Assembly (NCBI RefSeq): GCF_036321535.1 | Contig: NC_087436.1 | Coordinates: 43,340,001 to 43,404,000, forward strand | Source: Camelus dromedarius | Taxonomy: Eukaryota | Length of the DNA: 64,000 nt | Direction of reading: 5' to 3' | Shown here: one piece after another, positions 26,691-40,400 of the stretch | Layout: each line of letters opens with the position of its first letter | Position numbering within the stretch: the first letter of the stretch is position 1 | Translations under genes and position numbers: made by a program | The notes under the pieces: model-generated | Database searches by the model: none | What the model was told of the DNA's origin: nothing | The model's input: the letters and a program-made list of their open reading frames with translations, nothing else

Positions 26691-27802
26691 CCAAGAACAC
26701 TGAAAAGAATGCTGAAGAATTTAACTTCCTTTAGAGGAATTATTCATATACTTATAATCAGAAAAATATAATATCTGCTTCCCTTATTCTATCTAGATTC
26801 TTTCCCTGGTCCCCATCATTTTATTTATGGTTCCTCTTGTCTACTGCTGTGGACAAAAGATGATATAGATACAATAATGAGAAAGAACATGCCAAACATA
26901 GTAATTTAAGGTCTGAACACTCCCTGTCTTCATGCAAACCTCCCAGTTAGCCACACTCATCATTAAAATGGCTTCAAATTAACAAAGACATTGTTAGGTG
27001 GATCGTTAATTTTCACCTATAAAGGTACTCAGAATTCTTGGAGTATTTAACCAAAATTAAAGGCTATCAGGGAAAAAAAAGTCACAAAAGGAAAAACAGG
27101 TAATATAATAAAGGTATGTTTTAAAGAAGTATCAGTGTCACAGAGGGAAGATAGCCAGAGAGAAGTCTCTCCTCTGAGAAAATGAAAAGCAGTCTAAAAC
27201 TTCCCCTGTGAAAAAGTCCTGAGCAACAACTGCATTAAAGTATCACCTCGCACTATTTCCATACTTTGGGATCCCAAGATTAGGAGGAAGCAGTTCCCAC
27301 CTCCCGTTACAGCAGATCTGATGTTCCATTTCACCAGCCCTGCCAATCAGCACCTGGTTCATGATCTTAGCTGATGTGTAATTGTTCTCTAAATTCACCT
27401 GTTGCTTTGAATCTAGCAGTGATGCTATTCTGCCAAGATACCACTGGAGGCCAGTCATGCTACAGTATGAATTCCAGCCACACCCTAAATTTAAAAAAAA
27501 AAAAACTAAAATAATAAAAGAACATTACAATATCTAAAACAATATTTAGTGTTATAATATTATTAATTAATACTGCCATAGTATTATATGGTATATTGTT
27601 ATAGTATTATTAATTATTATTAATTAATGTTAGTAATATTAATATTATAAGATTACAAAACAATGCTTTGTAAGTAAATACAAATAAATGTACACAAGTG
27701 TAATTTCAAAATCCAACATAATAGTAGAATTTTTTCTAGAGAAGAGATGGAATTTGATTCTGATATTTCAATTAAACACCTGCATTGATCCAAAGATAAC
27801 TA

Positions 27803-27930
27803 AATTTGTTGACTACCTTGACTGTGGTGATGGCTCTTATGGTTTATACATATCTCAAAACTTATCATATTGTACACTATACTAAATATGTGCACTAAAT
27901 ATTTATGTTGATTATATCTTTAAAAGCTGA
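27803..27930 (+). mobile_element. Old L1M 3' end fragment
   Basis: cttgactgtggtgatgg...aaacttatcatattgtacact...aaagctg. Confidence 0.65.
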
Positions 27931-27956
27931 TAACATAAAGAAGATAACTGAAGTCC

Positions 27957-27961
<5 letters not shown>

Positions 27962-27992
<31 letters not shown>
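27962..27992. repeat. (TG)n microsatellite
   Basis: Read directly. Confidence 0.95.
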
Positions 27993-27995
<3 letters not shown>

Positions 27996-29489
27996 GAGAG
28001 GAAAGATACACTCCCCTCCATGGAAGCAAATTCTTTCTGGCCCTCTCAGTGTTGAAATAAATATTTTGAATCCATAACTAAATATCTTCCTTTAGAAAAA
28101 TGTCCAAATTTTTAAACATTATATAAACATGGTTTCTCAAGGCTGTCTCTTTTCTAATGACGCAAAGTCTTTTGTCTCAGAGATATGTTGACAAGAAAAG
28201 TCTTTATTTCTATGAATCTGATGATTAAGCAAAACAGTATTCCCGTGGTTTTTGAGAAATCGCTCTTTTTTTTAAATCACAGAGCACCTACCTCAGTGGG
28301 ATATGACTTGCAGATATATTAAAATAAGCAGAAAAAACATGACCTAATTTAATTTGCATTCACTTAACATCCAATTCAATTTAAATATTTACTCAATGTA
28401 TTGGCCGTATGTTCACCCGGAAAATTTATCATCACTAATTGAAAAAGAGATACAAAAGCAGCAAAGTAAGAAAGGTCCAATAAGTTCTGCTCACTTACAA
28501 AAGTTTCATAATACACTCTTGTCCAGCATAAACACTGGCTGAGTTAATTATGAATTCAGAACACACTTTTCAGGCAATGAAGAATTAGTGAACTCCAAAC
28601 ATGTAAATTCTTGGTTATCACGGTGTTGATATTTTGCTACAAATTCCACTACCAGAAAAGAGAAGCAACACATTTTGGAGAATTTCCTAATGGAGAGCAG
28701 ACAGTTAGGGTGAAGGCATTGTCTGTTACTCAGGGAAGGTGTGTCATCTGCCTACACTGATTCAGCCCGTGTGCTCACATGGTGCCCAGACAATAAGGTG
28801 ACAGAAACAGGAGAGGAGAGCAGACTTTTATCTGCAGCTTTAAAAAATGAGCTATTCCATAATGAGCAGATTTTCAAACAGCAAATTATCTCTTATGGAA
28901 ATAACGGACCTGGAATTAGATATACGTAGTTAGAGCACATATGTGTGACTGAAACACTAATTTAATCATTTAAATGATTTTCTGAAGCTTCTAAAAGTCC
29001 CCAATATACTGCCACAAAAGAGCGGTCATCTCAACACCCTATTACAAATTCCCATCATTAAGATAACAAATGCATAATAATTGGGTTTTGCCAGTTCTAT
29101 GAAATCAACAAACTAGTACTATAAGCATTTTATAGCACTTTATATTCTCATATAATATCTGTGAAAGTCAATGAGGTTAAATGACAGGTCCAAGGTCAAA
29201 AAAATGAGACTAGAATATAGTGTATCTAATCCACACTCTTTCTCCCACTGGGCTCTTTACCTGGAAAACCTTGCTTCTTTTAAATTTTCAGCTGTTAAAA
29301 GCATATGTATATTGGTACAACTTTGGACAACAGTTTTGCATTACCTCATAAGTAGAAAATGTGCAAAGAAAAAGCATGTTTGATTATCTGTACAGGGAAT
29401 TTTGAAAGAAACTTATTATCTCAATTGCCATGTGATTAATAAAATAATGCAGTATATTAAAGAAACAAAAACTAAAATAACTACTGCAG

Positions 29490-29680
29490 GCATTTATTAA
29501 CCACACACTGTATGTGAACAATACTCCATACACCTTATGCCCATTACCTCATTTAATCCTTACAATAGGATGAGGGAGGTATTATCATTACCCCTATCTT
29601 CTAGGCAACTGAGTGAAGATTACAGAATTAACTTGTCCAAAATCAAAGCAGCAAGTGACAAGGAATGGACGGAACTAAAA
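29490..29680 (-). mobile_element. MIR SINE
   Basis: cattacctcatttaatccttacaa...ggtattatcattacccc...aacttgtccaa. Confidence 0.6.
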
Positions 29681-29748
29681 TACAAGAATAGAAAGTGACC
29701 CATTCAAGACTGCACAACAAATTACTGGCAGAATCCAATCTCTTTAGG

Positions 29749-29890
29749 TCAGTGCTTCTCAAGCTTTGGTGTGCACACAAATCACCTGTTGATGTAAACA
29801 TAGGTCTGATTCCCTAGGTCTGGGAGTCTGAGAGTCTGTACTTCATACAAAGTCCAGGGGATGCCCATGCTTCTGGTCTGTGGATATCTT
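29749..29890. mobile_element. MER5A-like MITE
   Basis: cagtgcttctcaagctttggtgtgcacacaaatcacctg...gatgcccatgcttctggtctgtgga. Confidence 0.7.
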
Positions 29891-30447
29891 TAATTTATAC
29901 TATTGTTTCTGCCAGTATGTCAAGTTACTTCTCATTAAATCTTCCTTATATTTACCAAGCTTAACATTTATTAAACTCCAGTCCCCACAGTCAGGAGTAA
30001 GGGCAGCTCTACACTGTGATAAGTATTGCATATAACTTTGCTACTGTGTATAGTATATACTTTGACCACATTGATTTTAATCCTGTAGCCAGATGCCATT
30101 CTAAATAAATCCAAATATTCTGACCCTAATTTACATCTCTGCATATTACCACATTCAAAAAATAACTCTGAGAATGAACACTGGCTCTATTCAAATTAGA
30201 GGAGAAAAATAATGTGTAGAGCGGAAACATGATTTTATTTTATAAGTTTCCAACAATCTTCATATTGATGAATTTTGTTTTTATCTGTCCTTATGGTATC
30301 TGTGATTACAAATCCTTTAATTTTTCATACAGTAAGTTCCAGAAGCCCAATACACTTGAGACTCCCACTCATTATTAGAGCGTCTGAAAACAGGCCTTTG
30401 TGAAATTCAGTGGAGGCTGGAATGCATGTCTGAGAGAAACAAGCAGA

Positions 30448-30670
30448 AAGGTGGTAAACAGAGTGATTAAGAGCAGACTTGGAAATCAGACTGCCAGGAA
30501 GCAAGCAAATCCCTGTGCCCTGCGAATTTAGACAGATTTTACTCCCTCTCTAGGCTCCAATTTTCTTATCTATATAAGAGGGCTATCTAACAGAAGTGAA
30601 TGAGTTAATTACTATGGGACTCAAAATACTGGCATGTAATAAGCACTCAATAATGTTAGCTACTATTATC
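30448..30670 (+). mobile_element. MIR SINE
   Basis: agagtgattaagagcagacttggaaatcagactgcc...taagcactcaataatgttagctactattat. Confidence 0.7.
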
Positions 30671-31339
30671 AAAAACTAAATTTTGATAATTTTTAAAAAT
30701 TATTCATGCTGAATCCATTCTTTGTTTCAGAAAGTAGAACTATAGGCATTTGGTCGTTTTTCTTTCAAATAAACCTTAAAATTGCCAATTGGTAGGAAAT
30801 TCTCCGGGAAAAATTTAATAATGACAAACATGGCAGAACATACAACATTTAAAAATATATAGAGAGATCAATTAACACATCTTACAAAGACTGTCCCAAT
30901 CCAAAATTTGATCAAAGGATTCAGCTACTATTTCACTTGCCTAAATTCCTAAATTTAAAATTCAAGGTCATTTGGATTTTTTTTCTTTGTAGCTTTACAA
31001 GCATATTGAGAGAAGTCAAAATTTCAGGCCGTGTTGACTTGCATTTCAATACGATGCTGAAGATGGCTGATAAGTATTTTTAACACAGCAAGTGCAATCT
31101 GTGCTGAAGTACTGCTGCCAAAATCAGGTTTGATGCTACGGTTCAAAGACAGGCAGCATCTATACCACTGCTGTTCAGAGCTTGATCAAGGGGCCAGTAG
31201 ATGCAACCCTTAAGTTCTTCTTTTCTCTTTGCATCCATACACCTGAGACCCTCCACCTTCTGTCCCGCAGTAGCCCCAAAATTCTTTGATTATCAAAAGT
31301 CACAGGGGTGTCTGGATCCTTCCAGCCACTGTTCCTTCA

Positions 31340-31612
31340 CCATCTCAAACTCAAATGCCAAGCAGGGGAAGCAGGTTATATAAGCATCAGAAGTGGGGGT
31401 GATGGTGACTATCTAAAGAGGACCGCTTCTATTCAGTCTCAAACCATTATGTTCAAGTGGAAATGTGGCCCAATATTACTGGATGTTCTGATTTTATAGA
31501 GAAGCTGGAATTCTGGGCTTTTGTGTGAAATCTTCTATCAAAATATTGACAACTAAGCCAATTTTTAAAATGTTATGTGAGCTGAACAAAATTTGCCTAT
31601 AGTTAGGCCATG
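31340..31612 (+). mobile_element. hAT-Charlie MITE (MER102-like)
   Basis: ctcaaatgcc...gagaagctggaattctgggcttttgtgtgaaatct... resembles the recalled consensus. Confidence 0.55.
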
Positions 31613-32609
31613 TATTTTCTAATCCCCAGATATTATGGTAAAGGATGCAATTTGAACAGACACACTTACATTAAAACAAACCAAAAAACAACCCCCACAG
31701 GAAGAAACTTTTAAATCTTTGCAACGTCAGTTACTGGAGCCGTTTAAAAACAGATCACTCAGGGCTCATTTTCAGGAATTTCTTCCTAAATAAATTCCCC
31801 AAATCTCACATAGCACCCCCTTAGAAAGAAATCCCAGGAGAATATTTTTTTGTAGCACCATTTAGGTTTTCCGTTTTAGAACTCATTTGAGCACACTGCA
31901 ATAATATTTTGATACCAAAAGAAATTAGATTTTGGAAGGAAAAGGAATTTATTATATAAAATGGTAGCTTATCAACTATCGGTATTTTTATGAAAGTCAT
32001 ACTCAAGGTTAGAATAATTCTTAGAAAGAGAGAATTTAACTGAGAATCTTATTTGAGGGGAAAGCCTTTTAACTTAGCAGGCATTTCTGCATTAGCCAGG
32101 ACTATTACATGCCCATGTTACAATTCCACAGACTTCTTGATATGACAGCATCTGAATCAAATAGTATTAAATATCCAAAGGTTAGCAAGACTTTGACTTT
32201 ACACAACTTTTACTCATTGCTTGATTCTATGCACACAAGCAATAACAAAACACTTAAAAAATCACATTTCACGAAACTAAGTCTAGAAGAAAATTCCCAT
32301 GCCCTATGAACTAGAGATTGCCTTACATCTCTTTTTCATCTATTTTAATCTATTAAAATGTCCTTTCAACTGTAAATCTGAGCATCTTCTAAAAATCCTA
32401 ACACCTTAGATTACCATGGGCTCTATTTATGGGTTTTCAAGGTATCTTCATGCTTATCATCCCTTTTCAAATATCTGCATCACAATAGTAAAGTAGGACA
32501 AAATTAGAAGACACATTTAAGAATCTAAAGCTGTATCTTCTTACATTCTTCAATGCTTTGGTAATAATGCAACATAATATACTAAAAACTAAAAACAAAA
32601 CAAAAACAG

Positions 32610-32924
32610 TGACCAAGTAAATACGGTCATAAAATGTTTGCAGCCCTTCCCATCAGGAGACAAATCTATTTCCCTTCCTTTGAATCTGGGCTGGCCTCGT
32701 GACTTGCTTTGACTAACAGAATGTGGTGAACTGGCACCGTGGGACTTTTAAAGCCTAGGTCTTAAGACACCTTGCAACTTCCTTTTCCACCTTCTTGGAA
32801 TGTTGCCTTGAGATCACCATGAAAAATGCTGATTGAGCCTACTGGAGTAAGAGAGAATTCAGGTTGTTGTCTCAAACCATTAAGTGTTCAGGTGGTTTGT
32901 TATGCTGTGATAATTAACTAGAGC
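32610..32924 (+). mobile_element. MaLR LTR fragment (MLT1F/G/H-like)
   Basis: cctttgaatctgggctggcctcgtgacttgctttgactaacagaatgtgg... and terminus ggtttgttatgc...aactagagca. Confidence 0.7.
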
Positions 32925-32984
32925 AGAACTATGGCTCTGAACGACCAAACGATGTGTTTAAGCAGAACTGAGACTCATGATAGG

Positions 32985-33165
32985 TGAGACCATGGACATT
33001 AGAGCCAGAAAGGCCTAGATTTCAATTCATGATCTAGTTATCCAACTTCTCTGAGCCTCAGTTTACTCATCTGTAAATATGGTGCTAATTGTATCTGTGT
33101 AAGAAACTGTGGCAAATGCACAAATGTATAAAGACCCAAATGCAGGTAAATGTTAGTTGCCTTCC
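32985..33165 (+). mobile_element. MIR SINE
   Basis: ctctgagcctcagtttactcatctgtaaa core. Confidence 0.7.
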
Positions 33166-33809
33166 CGGCTCGGGTCATTTGTCTTCTATTTCATTACCTT
33201 TTGGAGACATAAAATGTTCTTTTCTAAATCACATTTTGCGAAAGATTAATATTCTGGGGTTTTTGAGCTTTGTTACATAAAGCTCATAAAGCAAGACCAC
33301 AATCATACTTTTAGGCACGTGAGGCCACTTGATAATAATGTGCTCTGAAAATCTCCACTTCAAAACGGTGTTTGAAAATTAAGGATGATGCTAATGTTTT
33401 GTTCATATGGACATGCATATTCTAAAACACCAGCGCTGTCTGCTCATTCCTAGATGAAATGTGACTGTTGTCAGCCACTAACAAAAGGCTCTCTTGCATA
33501 GCCAGAGAGGCGCCTGTGAAAAACTCCCAGTGACTGAAACGTGTCCCTCAGGGAGCTGCCGACACCTCTGAGGAACCTCAGAGTCCCTGAGCTCATATTC
33601 TACACAGCCCACGGTTCCCAAGACATTGCTTCACAATAGTACTTCTAACTCTAATGAAGAGCATCCAGGGATAGCTGACATAGTAATTTGTCACCCGGAA
33701 ACCTATCCAGTGAACAACATTCATGAGTGAATTCTGATTTCTTATAGGGAGCATACAATGCTCTTCTAGGAATTCTAGAACACTTACATATCCAAAAACA
33801 GTACTAATG

Positions 33810-34513
33810 TGGCTTTGCAGATGCCACCATTGCCAACTCCCAGCCAAAGTCAACCCACCCTGTTCTTTGACATCACAGATGAGGACACATCTTCAAGCTA
33901 TTTGCAGACAAAATTACAAAGACAGCAAAATATTTGCATTCTGAGCAATGGGGAGAAAGGTTTTGATTGTAAGGGTTCTTGCTCTCACACAGTTATTCTA
34001 GGCTTTATGTGTTGGTTGGGTGGTGACTTTACACGTGATAATGGCACTAATGGTAAATCCATCTATGGGGAGAAATTTCATGATGAGAACTCCTTCCTGA
34101 AGCATATAGTCCTGGCATCTTTTCCATGGCAAACACTGGACCAACCAAGCAGTTCCCAGTTTTTCACTTGCACTGACAAGACAAGAAGTTGGATGGCACA
34201 TGTAGGGAAGAGCAAAAGAGGGGTACAGTGGAAGCCACGGAACACTTTGGGTCAAGGAATGGCAGGACCAGCAAGAGGCTCACCATTGTCCACTGTGGAC
34301 GACTCTAGTAAATTTGACTTGTGTTTTATTTTAACCACCAGGTCATTCCTTATGTAGCTCAGGAGGGCACCCCTCCACCCCCATCAGCAGACAACACCCT
34401 ATAATCTTCGTGCTCTCACTATAGTTCTTCAAGGTCCCCATTTTCATATCTCCCTACAGGTCTAGCTGGATTGCAGACTTAGGTATGTGATTATGTAATA
34501 ACAAACAGACAAC
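33810..34513 (+). pseudogene. PPIA: Processed pseudogene of cyclophilin A (PPIA), near full length, antisense to ANK2
   Basis: Motifs [45 protein letters not shown]. Intronless, with 5' UTR and 3' UTR, mutated start codon (agccaaagtc), frameshifts and a decayed A-rich tail. TSD aaaacagtactaatg (33795-33809) / aaaagagtaccaatg (34514-34528), 13/15 identical. Confidence 0.95.
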
Positions 34514-35199
34514 AAAAGAGTACCAATGAAATTATTACATTGGGAAACTTCATGTTCAGAATCTAGAATTTACTTATAATTCATTTCTAAAAGTTTCCAG
34601 CCAAGACAGAAGACAATAGAGCGAATAAATTTTAAATAATGATAACAGTCATTCAAAACATGTGGCATCTCCTGAAAAGTACTATTATTTCAGCAAGAAA
34701 TAGTGGTTAAAATACATTACTATATTTATATCTTTAGAACTTATAGAAAGTCAATTTCTGTGAGAAAACCAGGATATCCATCATTTTGAAAAGGTAAATA
34801 ATTATTAAATAATACAGCTATAACATGGAGATCTTGATTTTTTCCCCCAAACTGAAAATTAAAGTAGCCATGGAAATTTCCTTATTTGCCAACACTGGAA
34901 GAATGGATAAATCATCTTCCTTTGATATGATTAATCTGTCTGTTAACAATTTTCCCTGCTTTTAAGTGGCAACAGCAACAAAAAAAAAAAACATAGAGAA
35001 AAACAAAGAGTTTAACATCATGGATAAAAATTTTAAACTCCCATAGAATAAAATGATTCAAATTTAAAAAGATTTTTTTGGTGGGGGGAGCCTTCATCAT
35101 TTGGTTTTAATCTATTTTCCAGCCTCGTCTCCTATTATTTTCCAATATACATCTTTGGTTTATTGCTTTTTTTTTTTTTAACCTCATTAAACATTTTTC

Positions 35200-36005
35200 C
35201 AAACCTGAAAATATGCCTTGACTTTGGCATGTGCTGCCCTGGATATCTAGAATGCCCTTTCCTTCCTTCTTTTCCTGAAAAACTCCTACACATCCCCCAA
35301 ATTCCATTTCAGCATCATTGTCCCCCCCCCCCAGTGCAGTTACACTAGCCACTGCACTCTGTTCCTTTCCTTATAATAGCACCTAACACATTATATTGGA
35401 ATTTATTTGTTTATACATTTATGTTCTATTTGAATATAAGTTTCTTGGAGTTAAGGGCTGTCTTAGTCACTTCTGTATTCCTATCTCCCAACCTGCCACA
35501 CACAGTAGCACTTATAATGTGGTCTCTGGTGACTTCTGACCTTATCTCTGACCATTCTCCTTCTTGTTTCTGACGCTTCAGACTTACTGACCCCTCCGGT
35601 CCTCATCAAGCGAGCCAAGCAAGTTCCCTTCTCAGGCACCTGCTGTTTCCTCCCCCAGGAGTGGTCTTACCCTGAGAATCACAGAGGCCACTCCTTCTCA
35701 GGTCTCTGATCAAATATCACCAACACTTATTTCCTTAACAACACTAGTTTAAACAGCCATCATCACCCTTTATCCCCTTACTGGGCTTTAGTTCTGGTCA
35801 TAGAATTCATTGCCATCTGACATCGTCTGTCTGTTGGTTTGTTTTCCTTGTCTCCCTCTCATACACACACACCTCCTCCACTAGAATATAATCACCAGAA
35901 GGGAAGGACTCTATTTTATTCACGGCAGGGGCTCCCTGTACCTAGAACAGAGCCCTTCACAGGGTGGGCACTTAATCATCATTTCTTGAAAAAAGAGTGA
36001 TGAAT
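35200..36005 (+). mobile_element. Two adjacent L2 3' fragments
   Basis: ccactagaatataa...gggaaggactctattttattcac...cctagaacagagcc... Confidence 0.65.
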
Positions 36006-36576
36006 GTTTGCGTTAGACTGAATTGCAACTATAGAAAAAAAATCTATGAGTACACACAAAAAATGGAACAGGAATATAATTTTAAGGTAATATAGCAATC
36101 AACCTCGTTTCAAATTTTTCTTTAATTGTATTGTGCTGATTTTTTTCCATAAAAACAAAATAGTTTTTAAAAACAAAAAAGGAGAGCCTTGCAGATGTAC
36201 TGTCTTTTATTGACTTCTGAGACCCATTTCAAAGGTACGCAAGGTGCTTCAAAGTATGTTAAGAGAGTACAGTCGTTCTTAAATGAGTTCTGAAGCAGTT
36301 TTTATGTTTATATTAAATATATTACATTAGTTCTATTGTAGTCATCAATCATCTGATCAATGATCAATAAATATATAACATCAAACCAGCTTTTGAGTCA
36401 AAATAAAGAAAAAACTGTAAGTAAATTGACTTACATTATACAGAGACTCAAATCTAAAAGCAATCTTGCTAGATCCTCTGATTTTTCCATCTTTCCCTTT
36501 TCTGTCTACATTCATGCAGAGCTTCCAATAAACTGTTCCAGAAGATGAGAAACTATTTCTCTTAAAGAAAAATAGA

Positions 36577-36657
36577 ACACAACATTGTAAAATGATTATA
36601 AATCAATAAAAAATGTTAAAAAATAAAATAAAATAAAATATCAAAAAAAAAAAAAGA
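36577..36657 (+). mobile_element. Extremely 5'-truncated young L1 3' end with poly(A)
   Basis: acacaacattgtaaa...aataaa plus A-tail; perfect 13-bp TSD aaagaaaaataga (36564-36576 and 36658-36670) preceded by TT (L1 endonuclease TT|AAAG site). Confidence 0.85.
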
Positions 36658-37263
36658 AAAGAAAAATAGATAAAGGTCCTATAAAACCTAGTGACAGAAA
36701 GTTCCCCCTTCCTCTAAACCTCTTAGGTTGCCCTCCAAGCCTGTGCTGGTGGGCCTTCCCTGCCAAGTTCCTCACAGCCAGCCCCTCTGCTAACAGGGCA
36801 TTCATGAAGTTCTACACTTTTATAGACTGGCATTTTAGGTCTGTTTTCTCTGTGATGAACTTTCTTTGATCTGCCAAAGAATTTTAACATGCAAAGTCAT
36901 AATTCGCAACCACAGGTAACTTCTGGGTAGGCAATAAATACTGCCACTGGGATTAATGAATTTTAAGAAAAAAAGCCTACAGAAACAAAAGTGCCAAAGA
37001 AACCTATGAAGGATGGGGATTGATACAATAATGTTAAGCATAAGTAATCCACCTGGAAACAAAAAAATAAGTACATCACCGCAGGTATGGGAACTGATTT
37101 AATGGGAGATAACTAGAGGTAGAACAGAGACAGAGTAAAGAGAAGACTAAACTACAAATCAAGAAATAGACATGGGTCACAGTACGTGAGGAAGCACAGA
37201 ATAAGTTCAAGTTAATTATAAATCTAACCATAACACATGCCTACTATAGCATCTTAGTTTTTT

Positions 37264-37476
37264 GTGTATATATATATATTTATTGAACTACAGTCAGTTT
37301 ACAATGTTGTGTCAATTTCTGGTGTACAGCACAGTGCTTCAGTCATACATGAACATACATATATTCATTTTTATACTCATTTTCACCATAAGTTACTACA
37401 AGACATCGAATATAGTTCCCTGCGCTATACAGTAGAAACTTGTTGTTTATCTATTCTATATATATCAGTTAGTATC
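37264..37476 (-). mobile_element. L1 3' UTR fragment (artiodactyl type)
   Basis: tttattgaactacagtcagtttacaatgttgtgtcaatttctggtgtacagc...; TSD tagcatctta(g/t)tttttt at ~37247 and ~37477. Confidence 0.85.
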
Positions 37477-40400
37477 TAGCATCTTATTTTTTTAACTGGT
37501 TTTATTTCCCAGTGTTTATGACTATTTACTGAGCTATCCTTTAAGTTCCTTTTCTGAGGCCTATATGTGGATAATAAATTTTAGAATGATGTCACAATTT
37601 TAAGTCAAATATTTGTAATGTAACCGAACCTGGTATCTTACATTTTAAAAAGCATCACATGTCTCTTCTGAACTCCTACTCATCCTTTCAGAATCAATTC
37701 AAACATCACCTCCTCTGGAATCCCTTCTACAACACCCATTCTATCCCATCCAACACTGAGTTAGCCTCTATTCCTAGGACATATAAGGCTTCCTGAATAT
37801 CCTTTCATTAACTTTACCAGACTCTATGAAGTCCCTGCTTACTCTCTGTCCCTCATGAGACAGTGATCTTCCAGAGAAAAGTGACTTTGTCTTTTATATC
37901 TGTACGAAACAATTTTAGGCAATAAAAACTCAACAGCGTATCAATGAATACAAAGGTGAAAAGTCAACTATACTAAGAGTATTTTTGAAAAACAACAGAA
38001 AAAGCTCTGGGTTCCTTTAGAAATAGACTGGAGCTACAATTTTGATGGCCTTTGTGGATTAAAAGAAAAAGGCTTAAGATCTGTCCACTCCTGGAATTCT
38101 CCTCTATAAATATTTAAAAGCTAATATGCAAGATATGCCTGAACCAGCAAAATGAACAAGCCAGCAATGCTGATCTGTTATTTCTGTCACCTTGTGACTC
38201 TCACATCACCTGCATCAGTGGTCATTTTCATAGATCGTACAAACTGAAAAAGTCAAACTAATGGTCCTTTCCAATGTCCAGATAGATGTAGTCATGTCAG
38301 TAATGGAAACAGCATTACAAGATTATAGTTCTCACTCACATAACCCTTAAAATCCAAAGGTTTTTAAGCTCGTCATTGAAACACCATGAGTCTCATATTT
38401 CTTGTCCAAAAAGGAGGCTAATAATATCTTCTCTTTCTCAAAGGGTCATTGACAGGTTCAAGTGGCATAAGGACTTAGAAATACTCTGTAAAGTACTGTG
38501 AGGACACAGTTACTCTTGATCATGGATTTATTTTAGCAGCATTGAATGCTAATATGTCATAATCATTATAATACAAAATGATGTGTCATGTGTATCTTCT
38601 AAATAAAACTCTCATCTTGCTTAGCAATTTTCATTTAAGCCACCACAGAAAGAGGAATTTTTATCCCTTTACTTAAAAATAATCACCAGAGGAAAAGAGG
38701 GAAATAACTATTTTAAACTTCCCAAATCTAAGAATATCTCCATAATCATCCAAATGGGATTCTACCTGATGACAAAACAACTTCTCTAGTTCTAAAACAA
38801 TACTCCTAAACGTATTCACTTATGGATCAACAGTGTTAAGTTTCCATTTTTAAAAATAGCCTTCTTTTTAACACCATTACTAAAAAGGCAATTTTCAGTG
38901 GTTGCTTGAATACAGCAATCATAGTCACTCTCTTATCATAGCAGAGGAAGCAAGCTATTCATCAAAAATTCACGCTGCCCTTTCACAGTGAAGGGTTGTT
39001 TTTGGAAAATGGCCACCCACTGAAGACCTCATCTTCCCACTCCTTTTGCATTTGGTTAGACTGTAAAACAGATTATGGAACCCAAGCGGAAGAAATACAC
39101 ACCCACTTTAGATAAAACTCTCCTGCACAATTCACCACATTTCATTTTCTCAGTGGGTCAATCCCAAGGGAGACCTCAGAAACCCAATATTAGAAGAAGC
39201 AGAGTCTCTATCAACCTAAGTCTCTAAACAAACCTGTATAAACCCAAATTCCTGAAAACTGCATGCAAAATGTACAGGAGCCTGACTCCCCAAGCCACCA
39301 TCATGGCACTAGACTTTATGTAAATAAAACTAAGCTTCTTTTTGCTAAGCCATGAAATTTCAGTCATGTATTATAGCAATTATCAGCCATAACTCTTACA
39401 TTACCTAAATTTAGCATAAAATCTAAATATCTATTAGAGATATATTTTCAGAAAAAAAATTACCTGAATGAATTGATTCAGAATACTAGATATGTAAAAC
39501 AAAATAGTTTACATACTTGCTACTGGCTGATGTTTTTTAATGACTGAGATTTATTTCCTAAGCAACACTGTCACTATAAGTCAACGCACCTATGTTGTGG
39601 TTTTGAACTTCAATGCCCACATGATTTTGCTTGGCCCAGAGAGCTTTACAGATTACATAATGGGAGGAATACACCGTCATTACCCTTTCCCACTCCTTAT
39701 ACCAATCAGTGATGGACCTGGTTTGTGCCTCTGAAAGAAGATGGAACTGAAGACAAGAAACAAATCACTTGTGCACTCGAACTGCAGAAGTAACTAGGAA
39801 ATTAAGAGACTTACATTGTCCTCTCCAGATGGAGCAGAGGGCATGATTCAGAGAGTAACTCACATGACTTGTGCCCAAGCTGTGCAGACATGTCCCCACC
39901 TTTGAGACTCAGACAGATTTTGTAGCTTAATTTAAGCAGGGCTACTTTCACAAAGATGGCTCAATATTTATAGCAAAATTTACATATTTTAAGAAACATA
40001 ACAATAAACCCTAAATATATAAAACTTAAGGAGAGAACTAGGAATAAATTACCAAGGCAGTCTGTCTTATAATATTCATAAGATGCAAAGGACATTGAGT
40101 AGGAATATTTGAGCCCTGTTTTCTCTCTTCTCTTGTATAATGTTCTCAACTGAAACAATTATCCACATCAGAGGAATACTCTCATGTGGGTTTCAAATGC
40201 TGAAAGTAAATTGGTTTTGTAAACAGTCTAATGAGTAAAATGGAAGGGGAAATTGTGCACTAAAACTAAGCATGTGCCAATTTAATAATCATGGCATTTC
40301 ATCATTAATAATAGTATAAAATTATTATATAAATTAATAAAATGTATAGCTATTACAAAATCTGAAAAAAGTAATAATCCCATAGAAATAAGAATTCATT

